From positions 1 to 47,179 of IMG/VR virus record IMGVR_UViG_3300031701_000001: 47,179 nucleotides of DNA; one strand, written 5' to 3'. Source of the DNA: a virus. Taxonomy: Duplodnaviria > Caudoviricetes. The position numbers and the translations under genes are program-made. Below, in pieces: positions 10,039 through 18,098 of the stretch. Positions within the stretch are counted from its first letter, which is position 1, and each line of letters starts with the position of its first letter. The notes under the pieces were generated by a model that was not told where the DNA came from, ran no database searches, and was given only the letters and a program-made list of their open reading frames with translations.

Positions 10039-10273
10039 GAAGGCGGACAAGGTCATACAGAACAAGGACTTCCAGCAGATGCTGGAGGTACTGCGAGAAG
10101 AATTACCCACCAACCATGTGCTGCCCTCGATGGGTGCAGATGCTCAAGCGTTTGCTTATGCATATGGAGCAGAGGTGGGTTACCGGCGGTGTATAGGCAC
10201 ACTGCTATCAATGGCAGAGGTGGCGACTCCACAAGAGTCCCCCGAAGCTACGTTTGAAGAACCAACAAAATAG
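9995..10273 (+). CDS. Hypothetical head-module protein (92 aa)
   Basis: Typical small gene between portal and scaffold. Confidence 0.6.
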   Translation: MMNLATWKTSSTLTKKADKVIQNKDFQQMLEVLREELPTNHVLPSMGADAQAFAYAYGAEVGYRRCIGTLLSMAEVATPQESPEATFEEPTK

Positions 10274-10282
10274 ACGACTACT

Positions 10283-11398
10283 ATGGCTAATGAACTAATG
10301 ACAATGGACGGCTTGGACACTCTCACCCTTGAGGGAGTCACAGAGACCGTAGAACCCGTGGCAGAGGAAACTCAGCCCGAACCTAAACCCACACCAGAGC
10401 CCGACAGCGAGACTGAGCCGACCAGCTTCATGGATGCCATGAGCGCGTCCCTTGGGGATGTTGAGAAGGAAAAGTCTGCGGTGGAGGAACCTAAGCCCGT
10501 GGCGGAGGAATCCAAGCCCGTGGCGGAGGAATCCGCAACACCGGAATCGCGATCCAGTAAAGACTTCAAGAAAATCAAGGAGGATCGCGATAACACCCGC
10601 ATGGAACTTGATTCGCTCAAGGAAAAACTGAGTGGGTTGGAAAACTCTGACGTAAACGATGCGCTCAAGTCCGTCAAGGAGGAGCGGGACAGCCTTAGTG
10701 ACCAGCTTCGGCTTGCCGCCATTGAGCGTCACCCCCAGTTCCAGCGCGAATATGAGGCGAAGATTGAAGGGGCGGTAAATCAAGCCAAGAAGCTCGCTCC
10801 AGAGGGGTCGGAAACGCGACTCGCGGAACTAGTAAAAGCAGAGGAGTCACAGCACCGCGCCAACGGCCTAGAAGAGATCATGGTTGAAATGACCACCACC
10901 GAACAAGCCAAGCTCGGAGCATTGCTTGCCCGCGTGGATGAGGTTAGGGGTGATCGCGAGGCCGCATTGTCCGATGCTGATTCGACCTACCAGCGTCTCA
11001 TGGCAACCGAGACTGAACGCCGCGAGGCTCACCTCGCTGACACTAATAAAGTCTTCGACACCGTGGCCAAGAAGGCCAGTGACGGGCTGGAGTTATACCA
11101 GCTACGCGATGGGGACGATGCTTGGAACAGTGAAGTTCAGCAACGTGTGGAAACCGCCCGCAACATCTTCGGCGGTGACAATGACGCTGGGGCTCTGGCA
11201 GAAGCCAGCCTCTGGGCGGCGACTGGGCCGAAGTACCGAGAAATACTTGGGGAAGTGATGGAAGTTAACCGTCGATTGCGTGAGCAACTGAAGGAGCAAA
11301 GCGGAGCCAGCCCGGCAGTGGCCAGTGGTGGCGGTGGCGCAGAATCCAAGGAACAGAAATCATTCGCTGACGCGGTTAACGAATCAATGGGGTTTTAA
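10283..11398 (+). CDS. Probable capsid scaffolding protein (371 aa)
   Basis: Acidic, E/P-rich disordered N-terminus, long coiled coil and position after the portal gene. Confidence 0.6.
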   Translation: MANELMTMDGLDTLTLEGVTETVEPVAEETQPEPKPTPEPDSETEPTSFMDAMSASLGDVEKEKSAVEEPKPVAEESKPVAEESATPESRSSKDFKKIKEDRDNTRMELDSLKEKLSGLENSDVNDALKSVKEERDSLSDQLRLAAIERHPQFQREYEAKIEGAVNQAKKLAPEGSETRLAELVKAEESQHRANGLEEIMVEMTTTEQAKLGALLARVDEVRGDREAALSDADSTYQRLMATETERREAHLADTNKVFDTVAKKASDGLELYQLRDGDDAWNSEVQQRVETARNIFGGDNDAGALAEASLWAATGPKYREILGEVMEVNRRLREQLKEQSGASPAVASGGGGAESKEQKSFADAVNESMGF

Positions 11399-11400
11399 TT

Positions 11401-11532
11401 ATGCCAATCGTAAAATACAAAAATAAAAAAGGTAAGCAAGTGGCCAAGACTCTGCCCTACACCAAGAAGGGCAAGGCGGCAGCGGCAAAACTGGCCAAGG
11501 CCAAAGGGGTTACGATGCGAAAGAAGTACTAA
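11401..11532 (+). CDS. Small highly basic protein (43 aa, not in the ORF track)
   Basis: MPIVKYKNKKGKQVAKTLPYTKKGKAAAAKLAKAKGVTMRKKY*; 14 K and 1 R, no acidic residues; starts 2 nt after the scaffold stop. Confidence 0.7.
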   Translation: MPIVKYKNKKGKQVAKTLPYTKKGKAAAAKLAKAKGVTMRKKY

Positions 11533-11978
11533 CGCAGTAAGTCCCACCGATTGCGATACTCCTCCAGCGCACAAGTCTCCCAGCGATTGGGTTGACTTGG
11601 GTGCTGGTTGGGGGGGAAGAATATCCCGGAGCTTGGGGCATCACCCACTGGGATAATGTAAAAGGACGCCCCCGAAGGGTAGTTAATAACGGCCACAAAA
11701 AAGTCAGCGTCCTTCTTTGTGTATCTCGATGTCGCCTTATGCCCTTTGCGGAAGTAGACTCGGTACGTTCCCGTCTTGGTTGGGGTCGTGATGCTCTTAA
11801 CTTGAAGACGAGCAAGCCGCTTCTTGCTATCGGCGACGAGGTCGTATCCCTCCATATCCCCGAACGGCCAACTCACACTGAACCCGTTATCCAACAACTC
11901 AACCGCAACCCGCAACTCCGCCGTGATCCCCTTTAACTTGCGGGCCGGACGCCCCTGTTTGTTGAGGGGCTTCTCCAT
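11529..11978 (-). CDS. PD-(D/E)XK endonuclease resembling the group I intron-associated PDDEXK_5 family
   Basis: KGITAELRV...GFSVSWPFGD...YDLVAD...RLQVKS motif pattern. Confidence 0.75.
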   Translation of the reverse strand: MEKPLNKQGRPARKLKGITAELRVAVELLDNGFSVSWPFGDMEGYDLVADSKKRLARLQVKSITTPTKTGTYRVYFRKGHKATSRYTKKDADFFVAVINYPSGASFYIIPVGDAPSSGIFFPPNQHPSQPNRWETCALEEYRNRWDLLR

Positions 11979-12184
11979 TATTGCTTCTCAATTTGAAACT
12001 CAATTTCGCTAATATAAAGCCCTAGCTGGCGAATCAGTTCAGTTCCTTCGGGGGTCGAGGTAGCGTGTTCCATTCCAACTTCATTCCGGTTTGCTATCTC
12101 CTCGAAGCCGTTCAGCTTCACGCTCAAGCAACCGCTGTTCACGGCGAGCAGCAGCAGCAGCGATAATACTTTCCACCTTCTCAT
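11978..12184 (-). CDS. Putative lipoprotein, o-spanin candidate
   Basis: Basic N-terminus, hydrophobic core and lipobox-like VNSG-C; overlaps the 3' half of the upstream ORF. Confidence 0.55.
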   Translation of the reverse strand: MRRWKVLSLLLLLAVNSGCLSVKLNGFEEIANRNEVGMEHATSTPEGTELIRQLGLYISEIEFQIEKQ

Positions 12185-12299
12185 CCTTAACCCCCTTTCG
12201 TTGCTGCGCCATTTGTGCAGTGGCGATGTCTCCCAGCCGCTCTAACGCTGCCAGTATTTTAGGCAGGGAGTTGAGAGCGGCTAGGAGCGATGTTAACAT
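12081..12299 (-). CDS. Putative i-spanin-like protein (72 aa)
   Basis: Hydrophobic/amphipathic N-terminus followed by a coiled coil; 104-nt overlap with the lipoprotein gene (Rz/Rz1-like layout). Confidence 0.45.
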   Translation of the reverse strand: MLTSLLAALNSLPKILAALERLGDIATAQMAQQRKGVKDEKVESIIAAAAARREQRLLEREAERLRGDSKPE

Positions 12300-12535
12300 T
12301 ATTTACTCTCTTCGTGGGCAGCTTTCACATTGCTGCGCCCCACGGTGTATCCGAGGGCAGCGAGGAGTGAGCAAGCTACGCCTACCACTTTGTCCCAAGT
12401 GCCAGCACCTTCTGTGGGGTCAACCGCACCAGTGGAAATGATTATCCCCAGCACCACCGCAGAAAGTGCTAGATAAAATTCACTCGTGCGTACTCCGGCT
12501 TTTAAGCCTTCATTAACTTTTTTTGTATTAGCCAT
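12299..12535 (-). CDS. Holin-like membrane protein (78 aa, 2 predicted TM segments)
   Basis: GVRTSEFYLALSAVVLGIIIS and VVGVACSLLAALGYTVGRS hydrophobic segments; charged C-terminus. Confidence 0.6.
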   Translation of the reverse strand: MANTKKVNEGLKAGVRTSEFYLALSAVVLGIIISTGAVDPTEGAGTWDKVVGVACSLLAALGYTVGRSNVKAAHEESK

Positions 12536-12537
12536 AA

Positions 12538-12699
12538 TTAGTCGTCCTTAATCAGTTTAATAATTTTCACCGCCGTCCACACAATAGTTAGTATGAGGGC
12601 GATGAGCTTCAATGCCGCTTCAACGTCGGAGAAGGAGACAACCCCTAAGACCGAGCCGTTAACGGCGTATATCTTTAACCATTCCAGATAGTCTTCCAT
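12538..12699 (-). CDS. Small membrane protein/holin candidate (53 aa from ATG 12699)
   Basis: MEDYLEWLKIYAVNGSVLGVVSFSDVEAALKLIALILTIVWTAVKIIKLIKDD; the longer track start runs through a hairpin. Confidence 0.6.
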   Translation of the reverse strand: MEDYLEWLKIYAVNGSVLGVVSFSDVEAALKLIALILTIVWTAVKIIKLIKDD

Positions 12700-12709
12700 G
12701 TCAGTAAGG

Positions 12710-12743
12710 TGGCGACGCAGCCCCCGAAGGAACTGCGCCGCCA
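12710..12743 (-). terminator. 15-bp stem with a cUUCGg tetraloop just downstream of the MCP gene (terminator/attenuator or mRNA stabiliser)
   Basis: Minus-strand RNA UGGCGGCGCAGUUCC-UUCG-GGGGCUGCGUCGCCA; the G-U pairs and tetraloop fit only this strand; weak U-tail. Confidence 0.7.
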
Positions 12744-12762
12744 TTGACGACGACTAGCTAAA

Positions 12763-14025
12763 CTAGGCCACTACACCGTCACGCTTGAAGATCAGCGTTG
12801 CGCCGTGTTCACCGAACACAGGCTCAAACGCCATCTCATACGTTCCGAAGTGCTTGCCGCGAGCTTCAAGCTCGTCGGGGCAGTCAGTTGAGTACTTGTA
12901 AGCACCCGTAACAAACTTCCAGTCACCCGCGTAGTTCAGCGGACTGAACCCAAGGTTGCCGGGAGTAGTTGCAGGAACCACCAGTTGCTTCATCACGCTG
13001 GGGATCAGCGCAATCGCACCCTCGTACACACCATCACCATCACTGATGTCTTTACCCGTGTAAAGGGGGTTGATCATCGTACCCACACCCGCGTTAGGAA
13101 CAGGGCTCTGGACGGCACGTTCGCTGATGCGATGGTAGCCATTACCAGTTGAGTTGCGTTTCCAGCGCGGGGGGTTAGTGACGACAATGTGACGGAAGTT
13201 CCCGGTCACACGATCCGCGCCAATAGCTTTGAGCAATTCATTGCTCTTGCTGCTTTCACGGTAGTCGGTGCGAACATTAGCATCAGCCTTCAGCAACTTA
13301 TTAGATGCTTCCATACCGATGATCAGCGGGAACACAGGGCCATTTGGCCCCATCTCGACAAACCCATTGGAGTCACCCTCGGTGCTACCGGATTCAATTA
13401 GATTGATTGCTAATTGATCCAAGTGACCGGGGAGTAAGCCAACAGTGTCAGCCAAGACATTCACGCCTCCAGTGGAGTCATGGATTGCCTTACTCGTCAC
13501 CGCAGTGTCTACTAAGGCTTCCGCACCAGCCGCGCCACTGATAGTGACTTGGCGAGCTTTGGTCATGTACTCATTTTGGATTTTGTTTTCCAGAATGCGT
13601 TTGCTGTGTTTGCTGATTTCCTCGACGTAGGCTTGCAAGAAGCGAGCCACGTTGTATTGATACTTGAGGTTGTCTTGAGAAATTTCCGGCCCGGAGATGC
13701 TAATTCTCTCTGGACTGAATGTTTGCTCTGACATGCCCCACTCGACCCCGTTCCAAGTGCGGTCAGCAAGTCCACCGCCCGTAAGCATGTTGACTTCGCC
13801 CGCGACGGAACCGGTGTTTACAATTTTCTCCCAGCCCAACTCATCGTCGGTTGGCAGAGAATTTTCGATGTTAAAAGTGGTCTGAGACAGCCCAGTGCCG
13901 AGAGGGTAGGTTCCCTTCGGAAGAGCGTTCAGCCACACGGATCGGTTGGTTGCCTTGCGGTGGACATCGGTCGCTAACGACTCGCTATTATCCTTGAAGG
14001 CTTGAAAAATAGACCCACAGGCCAT
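12763..14025 (-). CDS. Probable major capsid protein (420 aa)
   Basis: Size, composition, a long structured leader and a strong 3' hairpin; no other MCP candidate in the genome. Confidence 0.65.
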   Translation of the reverse strand: MACGSIFQAFKDNSESLATDVHRKATNRSVWLNALPKGTYPLGTGLSQTTFNIENSLPTDDELGWEKIVNTGSVAGEVNMLTGGGLADRTWNGVEWGMSEQTFSPERISISGPEISQDNLKYQYNVARFLQAYVEEISKHSKRILENKIQNEYMTKARQVTISGAAGAEALVDTAVTSKAIHDSTGGVNVLADTVGLLPGHLDQLAINLIESGSTEGDSNGFVEMGPNGPVFPLIIGMEASNKLLKADANVRTDYRESSKSNELLKAIGADRVTGNFRHIVVTNPPRWKRNSTGNGYHRISERAVQSPVPNAGVGTMINPLYTGKDISDGDGVYEGAIALIPSVMKQLVVPATTPGNLGFSPLNYAGDWKFVTGAYKYSTDCPDELEARGKHFGTYEMAFEPVFGEHGATLIFKRDGVVA

Positions 14026-14070
14026 GATATTTCCCTTTCGTGTTTAAGTTTATTAAACGGAGAAGATGGA

Positions 14071-14165
14071 AGTCATACGTCACCCGACGAAGACAGTCTT
14101 CACCTGTCGTTTCGGGTGGCCGATGCCGAAGTAGGGCCGTGGAGTTCGCCACTCTCCGTATGGCT
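14071..14165 (-). ncRNA. Candidate structured 5' leader RNA of the MCP gene
   Basis: Nested inverted repeats: agtcatacg/cgtatggct, cacccga/tcgggtg, gacag/ctgtc, ggag/ctcc. Confidence 0.4.
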
Positions 14166-14259
14166 TTAATTGTGTAGTGCGGCTTTAGGCACTCCGCGTG
14201 TGCAAATATACTATTACCACACACCACGCCCTCTTGTTAAGCGACTTGATCATAAACCT

Positions 14260-14346
14260 TGTCATGCGCTCGTCATGCGCTGTGAATAAGTTTTTGCCCA
14301 TTCACTTGTTTAAGGACTTGCATTTCGCGCATGACATTGTTATACA
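14260..14346 (+). promoter_or_regulatory. Putative promoter (TTGCAT-17-TATACA) with three GTCATGCGC operator-like boxes
   Basis: GTCATGCGCT at 14261 and 14272; inverted GCGCATGACA at 14327-14336 inside the -35/-10 spacer; directly upstream of an RHH gene. Confidence 0.5.
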
Positions 14347-14356
14347 GTTCGCCGCG

Positions 14357-14548
14357 ATGAGTAGTCTAGTTAAGCAAACGGTAGTATTCAGATGTCCTCC
14401 CCGAATGAAGGCCCAGTTGGCCCAGTTGGCCGAGGACATGGAGGTCACGGTGTCTGATGTAATTCGATTATGCATTCGTGGCGAAATCAATAATTTAAAG
14501 GAGCGTTTTGCAAGGAGAATCGATGAAGATGATAGCCCAGTCAAGTGA
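14357..14548 (+). CDS. Ribbon-helix-helix (CopG/Arc-like) regulator (63 aa from ATG 14357)
   Basis: QTVVFRC beta-strand, MKAQLAQLAEDM helix and VSDVIRLCI helix. Confidence 0.7.
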   Translation: MSSLVKQTVVFRCPPRMKAQLAQLAEDMEVTVSDVIRLCIRGEINNLKERFARRIDEDDSPVK

Positions 14549-15869
14549 GTCAGAAGCGGCGGTGTTGGGTTGTGTTATTCTGGAGCCCTCAATACTTCCC
14601 GAAGTCGGGACGCGGGTAGGAGCCGAAGACTTCTATGATCTGCGCCACCGGAATCTGTACGAGGTGATGCTCGGCATGGAGGCTGATGGAAAAGTTATCG
14701 ACCTTTTGTCCCTTCGGCAGGAGATAACCATGTCGCTTGGCACGATGGAAAAGGTCGGTGGCATGAACTACCTATCCTCGCTCTCAAACCTCATTGCTTC
14801 TGCTGCCCACCTCCCTTACGCGCTTGGTGTCATGGCAGATAAGTCGAGGGTTCGCAAATTTTACGACACGGCCCAATCAGTGCTGAAGGTTATTAATTCT
14901 GGGGGGACGGACGGCGACAAGATCGAGGGTTGCGGACTATCCATCGCTGCTGCCCTCGAAACCAGCGGGGGCGGGGAACTCAACATCAAAGAGGTGGCCA
15001 AGGAGGCAATGAGCCAAATTGAAACCGCCTTTGAGCATGAAGGGGAATGCACTGGCATCCCCACAGGGTTCCCTGCCCTCGACTCCCGCACCACCGGACT
15101 GCATCCGGGCGAACTGGTCATCCTCGCAGCCCGTCCGGGCATGGGCAAAACCAGTCTGGCGATGGGCGTGGCAGAGCATTTAGCCGTGGATGGAGATATT
15201 CCAGTGGGCGTGTTGTCATTGGAAATGAAGTCCACCTCGCTGGTGATGCGCTCCTTCGCCTCGCGAGCAGGGATTGACGGGCGTGACCTCCGCGCTGGCA
15301 AACTTCTGGATACTGACTTTCCCAAACTAAAACGTGCCTTCGTGGAGATCGCCCAGAGCAAGCTGTATCTCGACGACTCGCACGGGATCAATCTTACCGA
15401 GGCATCGGCGCGGATACGCCGCATGGTACGAAAACACGACTGCAAGCTGGTTGTAATTGATTACTTACAGTTGATGCATGCTGGGGGAGACCACTCCGAA
15501 AGCCGAGTCTCCCAAGTCACAAGGATTTCAAATGGCCTCAAGTCTCTGGCCAACCAACTTAGCATCCCCATCCTATGTCTCTCCCAGTTGAACCGCGCCG
15601 TTGAGCATCAAGACCGCCCGCCGCGCCTATCAGATTTACGCGAATCGGGAAGCATCGAGCAGGATGCGGACATGGTTTGGTTTCTTTACCAAGACGACCC
15701 AGAGAGCCAGATCACACGGTTGATTGTGGCTAAGAACCGCAGCGGCCCCACAGGCGAGATTGCCTTGGAGTTCCAGCCCAAATTTACCCGATACATCACC
15801 CCGCGAATCGAGGACGAGGTTCATGTAAAACGTCCAGTTCACCCCGATTTCCATTTAGCAGATGCCTAA
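14523..15869 (+). CDS. dnaB: DnaB-family replicative helicase
   Basis: ESEAAVLG N-domain, TGIPTGF, ILAARPGMGKT, VIDYLQL, LSQLNR, DLRESGSIEQDAD and AKNRSGPTG. Confidence 0.97.
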   Translation: MKMIAQSSESEAAVLGCVILEPSILPEVGTRVGAEDFYDLRHRNLYEVMLGMEADGKVIDLLSLRQEITMSLGTMEKVGGMNYLSSLSNLIASAAHLPYALGVMADKSRVRKFYDTAQSVLKVINSGGTDGDKIEGCGLSIAAALETSGGGELNIKEVAKEAMSQIETAFEHEGECTGIPTGFPALDSRTTGLHPGELVILAARPGMGKTSLAMGVAEHLAVDGDIPVGVLSLEMKSTSLVMRSFASRAGIDGRDLRAGKLLDTDFPKLKRAFVEIAQSKLYLDDSHGINLTEASARIRRMVRKHDCKLVVIDYLQLMHAGGDHSESRVSQVTRISNGLKSLANQLSIPILCLSQLNRAVEHQDRPPRLSDLRESGSIEQDADMVWFLYQDDPESQITRLIVAKNRSGPTGEIALEFQPKFTRYITPRIEDEVHVKRPVHPDFHLADA

Positions 15870-15874
15870 GAAAA

Positions 15875-16252
15875 ATGAAATCACTGAATACGAAAGACTG
15901 TGTGGTCATGCGTATCCGAGACCTCGGACATTGCCCGGCCTTCAAGAACAAGAAGATTATTGCACGGGGTCGTTTGATTACCGCACCGAAGGCACGGAAA
16001 TGGATGGAAGAGGCTACGAAGGCTATGTACTCGCAGTTGTGTTCCTTGTTTCAGACAACCGGAGGCGGGACAACGACGGAGCCTTGGCAACAGTCTGCGA
16101 TTGCATCTCTGCCGTCGGACGATTGCTGGCAGCAGATACCCATGACCACGATTCGGGTAAAAAAGGTTCCCAAGGGTGAGGAAGGCGTGATCGTGATTTT
16201 AAAGAAAATTTCCAATAAGGAAACACAAGACAAACAAACCAATACAAAATAA
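15875..16252 (+). CDS. Hypothetical protein, possibly a RusA-like resolvase
   Basis: PAFKNKK N-terminal motif, a DD pair and a C-terminal beta-strand; replication-module context. Confidence 0.4.
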   Translation: MKSLNTKDCVVMRIRDLGHCPAFKNKKIIARGRLITAPKARKWMEEATKAMYSQLCSLFQTTGGGTTTEPWQQSAIASLPSDDCWQQIPMTTIRVKKVPKGEEGVIVILKKISNKETQDKQTNTK

Positions 16253-16253
16253 T

Positions 16254-16778
16254 ATGGCTAGTAAAACTAAAGAAACAAACATCGGAGGGACAGTGTCCCT
16301 AACCAACGTCAAGCTCAACTACGTTCATCTGGAAGAGATGGATGAAGGAAAATTCGGGGTGCATTGCTCCGACATTTCCGAGGATCAAAAAGCCGAGTTA
16401 GAGGCTATCGGAATCAAGCCCCGTCACGGAAATGATCGGGTAAACAAGCAGGGCGAAAAGCAACCCACTCCAGAGTGGGGCTTCTACATCAATCCTAAAA
16501 CGCAGTATGAGTTCGCAATTGTGGACGGCACTGGCGTTGAACTGAAGAGCGAAACCCGTGCGGCATTAGTCGCTCGGATAGGCGCGGGTAGCACCGCCAA
16601 CGTGGAGGTCAAGTCTGGAGCCTACAATAAGAACGGGAACTCTGGTGTGTCTGCTTATTTGCAGGGCGTCCAGATTGCGAACGAGGAAAGCCTCATTGAG
16701 CCAAGCGGTAAGCACGGCTTCAAGGCCGTAGACGGCGGCTTCGCAGCAGCACCCACCGAAGATAACGTGCCTTACTAA
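16254..16778 (+). CDS. Single-stranded DNA-binding protein (T7 gp2.5/DUF2815-like)
   Basis: IGAGSTANV and GVSAYLQGVQI motifs; acidic-aromatic C-terminal tail TEDNVPY. Confidence 0.75.
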   Translation: MASKTKETNIGGTVSLTNVKLNYVHLEEMDEGKFGVHCSDISEDQKAELEAIGIKPRHGNDRVNKQGEKQPTPEWGFYINPKTQYEFAIVDGTGVELKSETRAALVARIGAGSTANVEVKSGAYNKNGNSGVSAYLQGVQIANEESLIEPSGKHGFKAVDGGFAAAPTEDNVPY

Positions 16779-16783
16779 AATGA

Positions 16784-17077
16784 GTGGACTCACACGGGCT
16801 TAAAAAGCTGCTTGCGGCGATCATTGAGCAAGCGGTCACTGATCGCCGCCAAGCAGCCGCCCGTGGGTTACTCGACGCTGATACTTTGCCCGTAAGGGAA
16901 CTTACAGCGAAGCAATTAGATATATGTGTCAGCCTTAAATATTTTTTTGAGGATGGCGGTTTAGAGTTAGTAGCAAGGGAAGCTGGGTTTAATTTACCCA
17001 TAAAGAAAATCAAGGAGAAAGCAAATGAGCCAATTGGAAGAAAAAGATGTACGTCGAGGAATGCCAAGTGCCAGTGA
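16784..17077 (+). CDS. Hypothetical protein (97 aa)
   Basis: LLAAIIEQAVTD helix common in phage proteins; operon position. Confidence 0.55.
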   Translation: MDSHGLKKLLAAIIEQAVTDRRQAAARGLLDADTLPVRELTAKQLDICVSLKYFFEDGGLELVAREAGFNLPIKKIKEKANEPIGRKRCTSRNAKCQ

Positions 17078-18098
17078 TTTTGGGAGCTTATCAAAGTGCC
17101 CCGGAAAACATCAGTCCCAGAAGGGGCGGAAAGACAAGGAGACATCCCAAGCAGCGAGGGGAACTCTTATTCACGAATTCTTAAACAACCCCAGAGGGAG
17201 TAAAGTCCTAGAGGGAGACGAGGAGGCCATCTCGGTGGCACTGGCCATCCTCTCGGAACGGGACGCCCTACTCAAACGGGCAATGAGTAGCCCCATTCAC
17301 TACTTCAACGAGGAACGCATGTGGTATCGCGGAGACCGTTACAGCGGTGTCCCCGATGTACTTGCGATCAAGGACAACATCGGTTTCATCATCGATTACA
17401 AGACTGGGCCGATTGCCGTCACTCACGCCTCGGAGAACTTGCAGCTAATGGCACTGGCCGTTCTGGCGGATTACACTCACGGGCTGGAAGGTTGCCATGT
17501 CGCCATCATCCAACCGCCGTGCGGGCCACCTCACACTCACTACTACGACAAGGCCGCACTGAAGAAGGCGCGATGTAGGATCACAAGGATTCTACGCGCC
17601 ATCGAGGCCAAGCACCCGCGACTGAAGGCTGGGGAACCTCAGTGCCGTTACTGCTTGGCTAAGATTGATTGCCCAGCCGTCAAGGCCGCGCAGGAAGAAC
17701 TGATGTCGTTATCCACCGTCACCATGCTCACGGGGAACCAGATCAGCAATGCTCTCACGATCCTCCCCGTGGTCGAGGGGCGATGCAAGGCATTGAAGGA
17801 AGAGGCTTCGCGAAGATTGGGAGAAGATGGCGACTCGGTTCCCGGATACGGTCTGGGCAAAACCTCTCGCCGCAGAAAGGTCACGAACACCTACGAGGCT
17901 GGCATGGACATGGTGGACAACGATCTGGTCAGTAATCGTGACCTAACAGCCTGTGCCACGATCAGCTTTTCCAAGCTGGTTGGGGCCGTTAAGGATCACA
18001 CTGGGGTCAATAGGATTGAGGCCCAGTTCATGGCTGAAGAGGCACTGGGCAAGAACCTCGTTTACACAGAAGTGAAGCCGAAGGTGGTGGAGAAATGA
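17025..18098 (+). CDS. Cas4/RecB-like PD-(D/E)XK exonuclease (DUF2800-like)
   Basis: CPG...GTLIHE, GVPDV, IIDYKTG, QLMA and CRYC...CP (Fe-S-type cysteines). Confidence 0.85.
   Translation: MSQLEEKDVRRGMPSASDFGSLSKCPGKHQSQKGRKDKETSQAARGTLIHEFLNNPRGSKVLEGDEEAISVALAILSERDALLKRAMSSPIHYFNEERMWYRGDRYSGVPDVLAIKDNIGFIIDYKTGPIAVTHASENLQLMALAVLADYTHGLEGCHVAIIQPPCGPPHTHYYDKAALKKARCRITRILRAIEAKHPRLKAGEPQCRYCLAKIDCPAVKAAQEELMSLSTVTMLTGNQISNALTILPVVEGRCKALKEEASRRLGEDGDSVPGYGLGKTSRRRKVTNTYEAGMDMVDNDLVSNRDLTACATISFSKLVGAVKDHTGVNRIEAQFMAEEALGKNLVYTEVKPKVVEK

Noticed and set aside
17025-18098. Cas4-like nuclease as evidence of a CRISPR system
   Set aside because: It is a solo phage exonuclease in an SSB/helicase module, with no array or other cas genes.
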